Positions 1-9,398 of a stretch of 59,244 nt of DNA are shown here, one piece after another; within the stretch, counting starts at the first letter, position 1, and each line of letters begins with the position of its first letter. Position numbers and translations under genes: made by a program. The notes beneath the pieces are model-generated. The model was not told where the DNA came from. It made no database searches and saw only the letters and a list, made by a program, of their open reading frames with translations. The DNA is from Lentisphaerota bacterium (GTDB taxonomy: Bacteria > Verrucomicrobiota > Kiritimatiellia > UBA8416 > JABMPJ01), in contig JABMPJ010000210.1 of assembly GCA_013203785.1 (NCBI GenBank), forward strand, positions 1 to 59,244, in the 5' to 3' direction.

Positions 1-67
1 ATTGACCTCCGTCGCTTCGGTTACATTTAATGTGGCGCAATTCGGCTCGGAACGCTATAATGCAAAA

Positions 68-1348
68 ATGTTCAGGGCTCTGATTCTTATCGCGGTACTA
101 TGGTTGGTGCAGGTCGCCTGTGCCGGTGAATTCTTTGTGTCGACCAATGGATCTGATGTGGCAACCGGCCTGTCGAGGAGTAATGCGTGGGCGACGATCC
201 AGCATGCGGTTGACAACATTACGACGGGCGATATCGTAACGGTGACGGAGGGTGCATATGCAGGGTTCAGGGCCCATGTGACTGCGACTGCAGACGCTCC
301 CATAATCGTACGCGCGGATGTCGGTGCGAGTGTTGTGCTCAACACTGAAGGGGCGCAAAACGTCCACCACTGCATAGTCGATATCGCCACCAAGACGGGA
401 AGTACAATCGCCTATTGGACTATCGAGGGGTTTGAGGTCGCCAATTCGTCGGTTCATGGCATTGGGATCTACGGCCTTGAGCAGGTTCCAATCCATCACA
501 TCACCGTTCGCAGCAATGTTGTGCACGACTCGGCATATACGGGCATATTCACGGGGTTTACGGACGATCTTCTGATCGAGAACAACCGATGCTATCTGAA
601 CGGCGAGCATGGCATATACTGTAGCAATAGCGGCGATCGACCGGTCGTTCGGGCTAACAGGTGTTCGACAAACACCAGTTCAGGGATCCAATTCAACGGC
701 GACCTGAGCATCGGGGGTGACGGAACTATCTCGGATGTTGTGGTTGATTCGAATGTGCTGTACGGCAACGGAAGCACTGGCGGTGCGGCCATCAACTTGG
801 ACGGTGTTGACGGCGGCGACGTGATCAATAACCTGATCGTCAACCAGCATGCTACCGGGATCGCGCTCTTCCAGGGCAACGGAGCCATCGCGACGCGTAA
901 TGTGCGTGTGATCCATAACACAGTTCTGACGGCTGGCGGTGGCCGTTGGGCCATCGATATCGCAGATGCAAGTGGCGTGAGTAACACGGTGCTAAACAAC
1001 ATTCTCTACACAGATCACACTTGGCGGGGCTCTATTTCTGCGGCTTTCTCGGCGATCCAGGGCCTTGTCTGCGACTACAACATCGTGATGGATAGGTTTT
1101 CAATCGACGGAGGGTCGACGCGGATTACTTTCGACGAGTGGCAGGCCCTGGGATACGATCGCCACTCCTTTATCGCCTCCCCTGTTGGCATCTTTGCGGA
1201 CGCCGGGGCAGACGACTACCATCTCACCGAGTCCTCTCCTGGTGTTGATGACGGTCAAGCCGCCCCTCCCGTATCCGACGATATCGAGAGTACTCCTCGC
1301 GTGTATGGTTGCTCACCTGATATCGGAGCCTACGAATGGATTCCATGA
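68..1348 (+). CDS. Secreted right-handed parallel beta-helix (pectin-lyase-like) protein
   Basis: ATG at 68 gives signal peptide MFRALILIAVLWLVQVACA. Typical N-terminal motif (FVSTNGSD..TG.S...AWATIQHA), many N/G-rich PbH1-type turns, C-terminal PDIGAYE. Confidence 0.8.
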   Translation: MFRALILIAVLWLVQVACAGEFFVSTNGSDVATGLSRSNAWATIQHAVDNITTGDIVTVTEGAYAGFRAHVTATADAPIIVRADVGASVVLNTEGAQNVHHCIVDIATKTGSTIAYWTIEGFEVANSSVHGIGIYGLEQVPIHHITVRSNVVHDSAYTGIFTGFTDDLLIENNRCYLNGEHGIYCSNSGDRPVVRANRCSTNTSSGIQFNGDLSIGGDGTISDVVVDSNVLYGNGSTGGAAINLDGVDGGDVINNLIVNQHATGIALFQGNGAIATRNVRVIHNTVLTAGGGRWAIDIADASGVSNTVLNNILYTDHTWRGSISAAFSAIQGLVCDYNIVMDRFSIDGGSTRITFDEWQALGYDRHSFIASPVGIFADAGADDYHLTESSPGVDDGQAAPPVSDDIESTPRVYGCSPDIGAYEWIP

Positions 1349-2808
1349 CACCCCGTTGCCTACTTCCCGTCCTGTCCGTTTTCTTGGTGCAGGCGGCCGT
1401 GACGCAGGCCGGGCTGGAATATTTTGTTGCCGAAGGCGGGTCGGATGGCGACACCGGCCTTACCCGGTCGAATGGGTGGGCAACTATTCAGCATGCCGTT
1501 GACAACATAACCACGGGCGACACGATCACGGTCTTGGAAGGGACATATGACGGTTTCTGGATCAACTGGTCGGGGGCGTCGAATGCGTATAACACGGTCC
1601 GCGCCGCTCCTGATGCTAATGTCATTGTCAATGGCCTCCCTCCCGTGAGCAGTATTTACCACAAGAACTGCTTCATAGTTCTTGACAACCAATGGCCATG
1701 GCCCGAGCGGCCGGTTGGATACTGGCGGGTCGAAGGGTTCGAAGTGTCGGGGGCTCCCAGTCATGGCATACTGGCTAAAGGCCTTCCATGGCTCTTTCTC
1801 AACGACATTGAAATTAGGAACAATAAGGTGCACGACAACTTCTACGACGGGATTGCTGTGTGGTTCGTCGATAATGCGGTCATCGAGAACAACGCGTGCT
1901 ACACCAATGGATATGGCGCGGGGCGCGGGGAACACGGCATTTACTTTGGGAACAGTGGTGACCGGCCTGTGATTCGAGGCAATCATCTCTACAATAATGG
2001 CGGATCAGGGCTGCATATCAATGCGGACGCGAGTATTGGAGGGGACGGGATCTGCTCCGACGTTGTGATTGAGCGGAACGTCATCCACAACAACGGGCAC
2101 ATTGGCGGCTCAGGGATCAACTTGGATGGTGTGGACGGGGGGCGTGTGGTCAACAACCTCATCTACAATGAACATGCTAGTGGCATCTCCATTTTTCAAG
2201 GCAATGGGGCGGTGCCGAGCCGGAACCTTCTTGTCGCACATAACACCGTCGTTCTGGCCGACAATGGGCGGTGGGTGTTGAATATTCCCAATGCCGGATC
2301 CACCAGCAACCGAATTCATAACAATATTCTGTTCAATCTGCACCCCACTCACGGCTCTATCGTGCTGGGGGATACGAATGTTGCCGGAACCATCAGTGAT
2401 CACAATGTCCTAATGAACGGCTTCTCAACGGATGGAGACTCGACGACCATCGATCTCGATAGCTGGCATGCCCTCGGGTATGATCATCATTCTATTATTG
2501 TCCCTCCTCTGAGCGGATTCAAAGACGCTGCATCGGGCGACTACCGGTTGAACGAAAAAGCGCCGGGTGTCGATGACGGGATCGTGTTGCCGGAGGTGTC
2601 GACGGACATCCTTGGTGCGCCCCGGAGCAGGGGGTGCGGGCCAGATATTGGCTGTTACGAATGGGGGGTGCCGGGTTTGCTGATGATTGTCACGGAGTCG
2701 AAGGCGGAGCCGTTGCGCCCGCTCGGGCTCGCCCGAGGCGTCTCAGATCGAGGGCAAGCGCGGAGCAGCATGCCAGTGTCAGTGCCGTCGGCAGCGGCCG
2801 GAATATGA
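1345..2808 (+). CDS. Secreted parallel beta-helix protein, paralogue of the upstream gene
   Basis: ATGA overlap with upstream stop. Signal peptide. Shares WATIQHAVDNITTGD, GEHGIY..NSGDRPV.R.N and INLDGVDGG with gene 1. Last ~39 codons overlap the convergent gene. Confidence 0.8.
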   Translation: MTPRCLLPVLSVFLVQAAVTQAGLEYFVAEGGSDGDTGLTRSNGWATIQHAVDNITTGDTITVLEGTYDGFWINWSGASNAYNTVRAAPDANVIVNGLPPVSSIYHKNCFIVLDNQWPWPERPVGYWRVEGFEVSGAPSHGILAKGLPWLFLNDIEIRNNKVHDNFYDGIAVWFVDNAVIENNACYTNGYGAGRGEHGIYFGNSGDRPVIRGNHLYNNGGSGLHINADASIGGDGICSDVVIERNVIHNNGHIGGSGINLDGVDGGRVVNNLIYNEHASGISIFQGNGAVPSRNLLVAHNTVVLADNGRWVLNIPNAGSTSNRIHNNILFNLHPTHGSIVLGDTNVAGTISDHNVLMNGFSTDGDSTTIDLDSWHALGYDHHSIIVPPLSGFKDAASGDYRLNEKAPGVDDGIVLPEVSTDILGAPRSRGCGPDIGCYEWGVPGLLMIVTESKAEPLRPLGLARGVSDRGQARSSMPVSVPSAAAGI

Positions 2809-3286
2809 GCCCCACCGGGCCGCAGTAGAGCCAGCTGACTATTTCGCCTCGAATGAGTCGCCGGGCCCGTGGCGTAGCGCTCCAGTTACTGCGCAGTAGG
2901 TCTGGAGATGTCAGCCAATCCATCGAGCAGTTGCGCGGCAGGAGCCCCTCAAGTAGCCATCGGGCGCGTGGGGCGTGATAGTTGGATGTAATAGCAGTGA
3001 CACGTACCGGCTCCCTGAATTGCTGCCGGATTGTGCGGGCGACCTGTACGCAACTGGCCAGCGTCGTCGAGGCATCGTCAGTGATCACGTTGATGTCTGG
3101 TGCTCCGCACTTGAATCTCTCTGTCGGCACCCGACCTGATTCATCCTGGCACAGAAACTCTGCTCCCGTGAGAAATACAATATCCGGTTTCAAGAAAGCG
3201 AGTGCGTTCTCTGCCACCTCAAGCCGGGGTGCCGTATGAGGCCCGCCGGCGAATACCACCAAGACGAGTGTGATGCTCATAATCAT
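2690..3286 (-). CDS. YdcF/ElyC (DUF218) family protein
   Basis: ITSNYHAPRA matches the DUF218 TS.YH..RA motif. Hydrophobic N- and C-terminal segments. Start could be TTG 3319 or ATG 3286. Confidence 0.6.
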   Translation of the reverse strand: MIMSITLVLVVFAGGPHTAPRLEVAENALAFLKPDIVFLTGAEFLCQDESGRVPTERFKCGAPDINVITDDASTTLASCVQVARTIRQQFREPVRVTAITSNYHAPRARWLLEGLLPRNCSMDWLTSPDLLRSNWSATPRARRLIRGEIVSWLYCGPVGLIFRPLPTALTLACCSALALDLRRLGRARAGATAPPSTP

Positions 3287-3395
3287 TGGGGCTTTCGACT
3301 TCAAAAAAAGGGAGTTCAATCTGTAGGAGAATGCTGCTAGTATTTCGAGTCAATGCGGTCCTGTCAAGAGTGGCCGCGCGGAGGAGCTGCAGGCT

Positions 3396-3998
3396 GTGGA
3401 ATTTCTAACGCACACATTTGAGATCGTGGATGTACCTATTGAACGTTTCACGTTTAGGTGCGGTCTCTTGCACAGGCTCGAGGCGGATCTCATGGCGCGG
3501 GCCATCTGGTACAAGGGGGACGATTTCGGATCGGCCCGTCTAAGAGCCATACTTTATGAAGGTGCCCTGTCGACGCTGACGCTCAGGATTGCCGAGGCAC
3601 TCGGCGCTTCTGGCATGATGCGCCCGCTGGGCAAGCTGATGTTCGAGCTGCTTCGGCTGTTCACACACATATCTGTCGGCTGTGGTTCTCGTTTCGGGCC
3701 CGGACTTGTGCTTTTGCACCCGTTCGGTCTGCATATCCACAAAACCGTCAGTGCCAGTAACAACCTTGTGCTGCAGAACAGCATTACCCTCGGCGGCGAG
3801 GACGATCGTGGGCCCCAGATCGGAGACAATGTCTTCATTGGTGTGGGGGCGAGAGTAATTGGTCCGATATCAGTGGGGAATCGCTGTCGTATTGGTGCCA
3901 ACGCCGTCGTCATGACTTCGGTGAGAGAAGATCATGTGGCGGCAGGGAACCCTGCGCGCCAGATCCCGATTCAGCGACCGCAGGGCGATAAGTCGTGA
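3396..3998 (+). CDS. Serine O-acetyltransferase-like hexapeptide-repeat acyltransferase
   Basis: GPGLVLLHPFG, P.IGDNVFIGVGARVIG.I.VG..C.IGANAVV, AGNPAR. True start is probably downstream of 3396. Confidence 0.75.
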   Translation: MEFLTHTFEIVDVPIERFTFRCGLLHRLEADLMARAIWYKGDDFGSARLRAILYEGALSTLTLRIAEALGASGMMRPLGKLMFELLRLFTHISVGCGSRFGPGLVLLHPFGLHIHKTVSASNNLVLQNSITLGGEDDRGPQIGDNVFIGVGARVIGPISVGNRCRIGANAVVMTSVREDHVAAGNPARQIPIQRPQGDKS

Positions 3999-5161
3999 GC
4001 AGGTTCAGTCAGTTTGCCGTCGGTCAGAAGGCCACGCGGAGTGTCGAGATCTCCCCGGAGGCCATTGATCGGTACGCCGATCTGACGGGTGACAAGAACC
4101 CGCTGCACATGGATGCGGAGTTTGCGACTGAGGCCGGGTTCAGGGGGCGCGTGGCGCACGGAATGTACCTGGCTGGTCTTGTATCAAAGGTGATCGGCGA
4201 GGATCTCCCTGGCTATGGCTCTCTATGGTTCTCGCAGCATTTCACGTTTGATGAGCCTGTTTACGTCGGTGATGTGATCAAGATCACCGTGGCCATCGAA
4301 CATGTGAGTACTGGAACGCGCACACTCGGTGTGACGGTCAAAGGGGTGGATCAGAACGGTATCCTGAAGTTCAAAGGCAAGGGGAAGGTATCAATGCCCA
4401 AAATTCAGAAACAAAATGAGGTAGGTGACCGGTTGGCGCTTGTAACGGGCGGCAGTGGAGGGATTGGCTCGGCTATCTGCGAGACACTTGGTGCCTCTGA
4501 TGTCTACGTGCTCGTTGGGTATGCTCACAACATTGATCGTGCCGAAGCCGTTGCGGAGCGTATTCGCAAGAGTGGTGGGAATGCCGATCCTGTGAAGTTG
4601 GACCTCGCCGATGAGCAGGCGATAGCCTCCAGTGCTGAGTTGATCGGGCGGCAATACGGGGCGGTTGACACCGTGGTCTGTGCCGCTATGCAGGAGTGGC
4701 GGCGCAAAGCGTTTGAAGACACCTCCTCGTCTGAATTCGAAGCCGACTTCCAGATTGCGGTGACCGGGCATGCGCAGCTTCTCAAGTTGCTGCTGCCGGG
4801 GATGTGCGAGCGCACCTTCGGTCGCGTGATCGGTATTTCTAGTGCCGTGGTGCATGGCATTCCTCCCGCGCGGCAGGTGTCATACGTTACGGCGAAGTAT
4901 GCCATGGTCGGGATGTTTCGCGCCCTCATGGCCGAGTATACGGGAAAAGGTATCACATTCAACCTGGTGTCACCCTCATTCGTGGATACCCCCCTGACGC
5001 GTGATCTGCCGGAGCGCACCCGCAAGGCCATGATGATTCAGTCGCCCATGCGGCGGCTGTGCACCCCTGCGGACGTGGCTGCTGCGGTCAGCCTTCTGGC
5101 GGCAGCTGAGTCATTCATCAATGGCGCCACGGTTCCTGTTACGGGTGGTTCGGCTCTATGA
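3995..5161 (+). CDS. MaoC-type dehydratase fused to FabG-like SDR reductase
   Basis: N-terminal GDKNPLH...VAHGM (MaoC hot-dog hydratase motif). C-terminal TGGSGGIG and YVTAK (SDR). GTGA overlap with upstream gene. Confidence 0.85.
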   Translation: MSRFSQFAVGQKATRSVEISPEAIDRYADLTGDKNPLHMDAEFATEAGFRGRVAHGMYLAGLVSKVIGEDLPGYGSLWFSQHFTFDEPVYVGDVIKITVAIEHVSTGTRTLGVTVKGVDQNGILKFKGKGKVSMPKIQKQNEVGDRLALVTGGSGGIGSAICETLGASDVYVLVGYAHNIDRAEAVAERIRKSGGNADPVKLDLADEQAIASSAELIGRQYGAVDTVVCAAMQEWRRKAFEDTSSSEFEADFQIAVTGHAQLLKLLLPGMCERTFGRVIGISSAVVHGIPPARQVSYVTAKYAMVGMFRALMAEYTGKGITFNLVSPSFVDTPLTRDLPERTRKAMMIQSPMRRLCTPADVAAAVSLLAAAESFINGATVPVTGGSAL

Positions 5162-7044
5162 TGGGCGAAACAGACCAGATGATTCCGCTGCAGGATGCAG
5201 ACACACCGGATCAGGGCGCCGCTCTGGCGAAGGTGTGGAGCGGCTATGTGGAGGGGCGTCCGATCAAGCTACACGAGCTGCTGGCGACGTTTCCGTATGC
5301 CGGAAAGATCGATCGGGATAGACTCACCGTGAAAGTGGCCGTGGCCGTTGCGCGGACTTGGACCATTGACAACGCCATGCCAGCCATTCTCTTCCTGGGG
5401 GCGGTCCGCGGTCTGGACATAACGCTTGATCTGCGGGACTACGGGGTATTGCACCAGGAGGTACTCGACCCTGGGAGCGGGCTCTATGACTCGCAGTTCG
5501 ACTACCTGGTGCTTCTGTGGCAGCTGAATGATTTCCTCCCCGATATGCACGCGTGTTGGGGGTGGAGCCCGGAGGAACGGGCAGATCGGATTACCACGGC
5601 TGCGCAGTATGCCGCCCTGCTGATGAAGACGGCGGCGGAGCGACACAAGGGCACGGTCATCTGCTTTGATTTCGGGATGGATCCCCATGGTCCCAGTCGT
5701 GGGGTCATTGACTCGCTGGATGCGCATTCGCCGAGTGCCGTGCACCGGTGTTTGAATGAGGCACTGCACGAGGAAGTCATCCGCATGAATGTGGTGGGTG
5801 TGCATATCCTGCGACTCGCCAAACTGCAGTACCGGCTCGGATTTGACCACTGGCCGGATGATCGGCTGCGCCTGACTGCCAGGTGCCCCGTTGGCCTGGC
5901 TGGACAGATTGCTGTGCTTGACGAAGTGGTAAGGCTGATCGCCACGGAGGAGCGGAAACCGCGCAAGGTTTTGCTGCTCGATTGCGACAATACGCTGTGG
6001 GGGGGTGTCGTGGGCGAGGATGGTTGGGACGGCATCCGCCTCGATGCCGACTATCCGGGCAATGCATTCGTCGAGATCCAGAAGCTAATTCTGCAGCTTC
6101 ATCATCAAGGCGTTGTGTTGGGTGTCTGCAGCAAGAACGATGAAGCGGTGGTGAGATCCCTCTTTGAAGAGCATCCCAACATGATTCTCCGCCCGGAGCA
6201 CATCTCCGTCTGGGCCGTGAATTGGGAACCAAAGTCCGAGAACATCAGATCTGTGGTCGACCGTTTGAGTCTGAGCATGGACTCATTTGTGTTCATTGAC
6301 GACTCCTCCGTCGAGCGCGCGGAAATCAGGGCGCGCTGTCCGGACGTATTCGTGCCCGAGGTACCGGAGAATCCTCTGCAGCTCCTGGCCTTCTGGCAGC
6401 GTTTCAATCCTTTCGCGAGGACAAGCCTTTCCGATGAGGATCGATGGCGAGGGCGATCATACCAGCAGGAGGAGAAACGCCAGACGGTCCGAGCCTCCGC
6501 GATGTCCCTGACCGATTTCTATGCCGATCTCCAGATGCGTTGCCGGATGTGGCGCGCCGAGGAGCAGGATGTCCCGCGGATTGTCCAGATGTCTCATCGG
6601 ACCAACCAGTTCAATGCCACGACGATTCGAATGAGCGAAGCAGATGTGGGTCTGTTGCTCGCTGACAGCGCCGTGGACGTATACCTGCTGGAGTTGCTGG
6701 ATCGCTTCGGCGCGAGTGGTGTTATCGGTTGCGCTGTCGTGCGGCGGACGGCCCGTGAAGCCACGGTTGAGCAGTTCATGTTGAGCTGTCGCGTTCTGAA
6801 ACGGACGGTTGAAAATCACTTTGTGGGTCTCATCATGTCTGAAGTCGTAGGGGTGGCCGACAGGCTTACGCTGCGGTACGTTCCCACGAAGAAAAACGGT
6901 CTGATTCGCAGATTTTTTGATCAAATTGTGTCGGGTGAATCGGCGGCGGTCCAGTGCGAGTGGCATATGGATGTCACCAGTGAAAATGCGGACAATCACC
7001 TGCAGCCGTGGATTGCAGTGTATACTGAAGACGAGGAGCAATGA
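5158..7044 (+). CDS. FkbH-like HAD-IIIC phosphatase / glyceryl transferase
   Basis: DCDNTLWGGVVGEDG, SKND, NWEPK, FIDDS..ER, RTNQFN, DRFG..G, LSCRV. Confidence 0.9.
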   Translation: MMGETDQMIPLQDADTPDQGAALAKVWSGYVEGRPIKLHELLATFPYAGKIDRDRLTVKVAVAVARTWTIDNAMPAILFLGAVRGLDITLDLRDYGVLHQEVLDPGSGLYDSQFDYLVLLWQLNDFLPDMHACWGWSPEERADRITTAAQYAALLMKTAAERHKGTVICFDFGMDPHGPSRGVIDSLDAHSPSAVHRCLNEALHEEVIRMNVVGVHILRLAKLQYRLGFDHWPDDRLRLTARCPVGLAGQIAVLDEVVRLIATEERKPRKVLLLDCDNTLWGGVVGEDGWDGIRLDADYPGNAFVEIQKLILQLHHQGVVLGVCSKNDEAVVRSLFEEHPNMILRPEHISVWAVNWEPKSENIRSVVDRLSLSMDSFVFIDDSSVERAEIRARCPDVFVPEVPENPLQLLAFWQRFNPFARTSLSDEDRWRGRSYQQEEKRQTVRASAMSLTDFYADLQMRCRMWRAEEQDVPRIVQMSHRTNQFNATTIRMSEADVGLLLADSAVDVYLLELLDRFGASGVIGCAVVRRTAREATVEQFMLSCRVLKRTVENHFVGLIMSEVVGVADRLTLRYVPTKKNGLIRRFFDQIVSGESAAVQCEWHMDVTSENADNHLQPWIAVYTEDEEQ

Positions 7045-7292
7045 ACAATAGAGAGAAGCTATTCGACGTTTTCAAACAGGTGTTCGGGATTCATGAGGTC
7101 ACGAAGGAGATGACCCAAAACGATATACCGGAATGGAACTCCCTGCAGATGATCAACCTGATCATGGCCTTGGAGGAGGTATTCGAAATTCAGATCATGC
7201 CAGAAGAAGCGGCGGACATGCTCAGCGTGGAGCTGGTTATGGATATCTTGGCCGAGAAGGGCGTCGCATTCAATGCTGAAGGCGCGGTCTAA
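7041..7292 (+). CDS. Acyl carrier protein
   Basis: 83-aa acidic protein; IPEWNSLQMINLIMALEEVF carries the phosphopantetheine Ser (NSL rather than DSL). Follows the FkbH-like gene. Confidence 0.85.
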   Translation: MNNREKLFDVFKQVFGIHEVTKEMTQNDIPEWNSLQMINLIMALEEVFEIQIMPEEAADMLSVELVMDILAEKGVAFNAEGAV

Positions 7293-7315
7293 CGTGGGGG
7301 CTTAGAAGGAGACCT

Positions 7316-8632
7316 GTGTCTGTAGCTTCTGTTATTATTGTAGCCTGCATTGTTGTTCTGGGGTACACATGGATCGGCTATCCGCCGATGCTTGCTCTAT
7401 GTGCACGTCTGTTCGGGCGCAGGTCGCCGACCTCTGACCGCCGACCGTCGACCGCTGATCTCCCACATATTGACGTAATTCTCTCCGCCTACAACGAAGC
7501 GCCGGTTATTCGAGATCGTCTGTCGAACCTGGTGTCACTGGATTATCCCTCCGACCGCCTCGCTATCCACGTAGGTACCGACGGATGCACCGACAATACG
7601 GCCTCAATAGTCCGAGAGTTCAATGCAGGCCCTGTGTCGCTTCATCTGCACGAGTTCCCCGATAACCGCGGAAAACCCGCTGTTCTGAAAGATCTGGTCG
7701 AGGCAGCCACGCAGGCCGGGGCGGGCGGCTTTCCTCCTGCTTCCAATTCCATGGCTCCGGCCTCCTTTTTTGTCTTTACGGACGCCAACACGTACTACGC
7801 CCCCGATGCGCTGCAGCAACTGGTGCAACCTTTCTCTGACCCTGAGGTCGGTGGCGTCTGCGGCCGCGTCATTTTGCATGGACGTAACAGAGCGGCTCAA
7901 TCTGAAGGTGTGGATCCTGCGCCTGAGGCGTCCTATTGGGGTTTTGAGACACGTCTGAAGATGTGGGAGTCCTCGCTTGATTCGTGCCTTGGGGCAAACG
8001 GACCCATCTACGCGATTCGTCCCGAGTGTTTCTGGAAAGACTTACCGGGCAACACGGTTGTGGATGATTTGGTGATCGCCATGAGGGTGCGTGAGCTGGG
8101 CAAACGTGTGCTCTTCGAGCCGAAGGCGGTCTCGACGGAAGAGCTCCCCGAAACAAAGGACGAATGGTGTCGTCGGGTCCGCATAGGTTCCGGAGACTAC
8201 CAGGCTATCAGCTTCTGTCGCCGTAGTCTGCTGCCATCGCAGGGATGGTTTGCCTGGGCCTTCTGGTCGCATAAGGTCTTGCGCTGGTTCACTCCCCACC
8301 TGATGTTTCTTGCAGCAATCTCGGCCGCCATCGGCTCCAGCCTCGCTCTTCTCACCGGTGCTTCAGCGTTCCTCTCTCATCTGGTCTCGGTAGGAACAGT
8401 CGTTGCGCTTCTTCTGTGGGCCATGGCGCGCGCTCTTGTATTCCTCCGACCTCCGCTTGCCCTTCGTAGCCCAGAGGGCGAAGCAGGGACCTCTGACTAC
8501 CGTCTTCCGGCGATCGCAGCCCCGCTTCGCCTCCTCGACCACTTTCTTACGATGCAGCTCGCCCTCTTTTGTGGATTTATCCGCTTCTGTAGTGGAGAGC
8601 TGAAAGGGTCCTGGCGTCGCACGCCACGGTGA
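7316..8632 (+). CDS. GT2 family membrane glycosyltransferase with in-frame repeat insertions
   Basis: SAYNEA, DGCTD, FTDAN, GANGPIYAIR, VDD, RRVRIGSG, SHKVLRW; N- and C-terminal TM segments. Confidence 0.85.
   Translation: MSVASVIIVACIVVLGYTWIGYPPMLALCARLFGRRSPTSDRRPSTADLPHIDVILSAYNEAPVIRDRLSNLVSLDYPSDRLAIHVGTDGCTDNTASIVREFNAGPVSLHLHEFPDNRGKPAVLKDLVEAATQAGAGGFPPASNSMAPASFFVFTDANTYYAPDALQQLVQPFSDPEVGGVCGRVILHGRNRAAQSEGVDPAPEASYWGFETRLKMWESSLDSCLGANGPIYAIRPECFWKDLPGNTVVDDLVIAMRVRELGKRVLFEPKAVSTEELPETKDEWCRRVRIGSGDYQAISFCRRSLLPSQGWFAWAFWSHKVLRWFTPHLMFLAAISAAIGSSLALLTGASAFLSHLVSVGTVVALLLWAMARALVFLRPPLALRSPEGEAGTSDYRLPAIAAPLRLLDHFLTMQLALFCGFIRFCSGELKGSWRRTPR
7427..7461 (+). repeat. Degenerate heptamer array (family C) inside the GT2 CDS
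   Basis: ccgacct ctgaccg ccgaccg tcgaccg ctgatct. Confidence 0.65.
8456..8488 (+). repeat. 33-bp CTTG-capped palindrome (family B) inserted in a heptamer array within the GT2 CDS
   Basis: cttgcccttcgtagcccagagggcgaagcaggg; removing it restores ccgacct-ccg|acct-ctgacta-ccgtctt. Confidence 0.7.
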
Positions 8633-8699
8633 ATTCCCTTGTCGCCGCAGGCTAAAATGGCGATACTTCCCCAAAGAAATCGAAACATGGAGCAGACCA

Positions 8700-9359
8700 A
8701 TGAATCAGGTGCAACCGGCGAAAGTAAAGGGCTATTGGGAGAAAATCGCTGCGGAGTTCGACACGATCTACTCAGGCGAGAAGAGCCCGTTCAAGTGCTG
8801 GCTGGACAAAGTGTTTCGGGCTGACATGTATGAGCGGTATCGGTTAACCGTTGAAGAGTGTGGTGCAGACAGCATTCGATCCGTCCTGGACGTGGGCACG
8901 GGCTCAGGGCGGTTCTGCCTGCCGCTGGCCAAGGGTAAGGAGCGTATTCTGGGTGTTGATTTTTCGCAACCCATGATCGATATCGCTAAGAAGCGCGCCG
9001 AAGAGGCCGGTGTGGCAGAGAAATGTGATTTTCGGGTGGCGGACTTCATGGAGCTCGAGTTGGACGAGGCTTTCGATGCAGTGATTGCCATTGGCGTTTT
9101 CGACTACATCAACAAGCCTGTCCCGTTTCTGAGCAAGATGGCCAAGACGTCTGTCGTCAAGGTCGTGGCGACGTTCCCGATTCTCTGGTCATGGCGTGCG
9201 CCCGTTCGGTGGGTTCGGCTAAATCTGGCCGGCTGTCCTGTCTACTTCTTCACCGAAGCCAAGGTGCGCAAGCTCTGTGCCGAAAGTGGACTGGCCGTAA
9301 AGAGCCTGAAGCGCGTCGGCAAGATACACTTCCTTGTGGCAACGCCCGCCCAGAGATAG
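8700..9359 (+). CDS. Class I SAM-dependent methyltransferase
   Basis: VLDVGTGSGR, GVDFS..M, FDAVIAIGVFDY. Confidence 0.85.
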   Translation: MNQVQPAKVKGYWEKIAAEFDTIYSGEKSPFKCWLDKVFRADMYERYRLTVEECGADSIRSVLDVGTGSGRFCLPLAKGKERILGVDFSQPMIDIAKKRAEEAGVAEKCDFRVADFMELELDEAFDAVIAIGVFDYINKPVPFLSKMAKTSVVKVVATFPILWSWRAPVRWVRLNLAGCPVYFFTEAKVRKLCAESGLAVKSLKRVGKIHFLVATPAQR

Positions 9360-9367
9360 GGATGGAA

Positions 9368-9390
9368 CCGCAGATGGTCGCAGATGGGGG
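9368..9390 (+). repeat. Solo degenerate arm of family A element
   Basis: ccgcagatggtcgcagatggggg in the gap before the deacetylase start. Confidence 0.45.
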
Positions 9391-9398
9391 ATGAGAAG

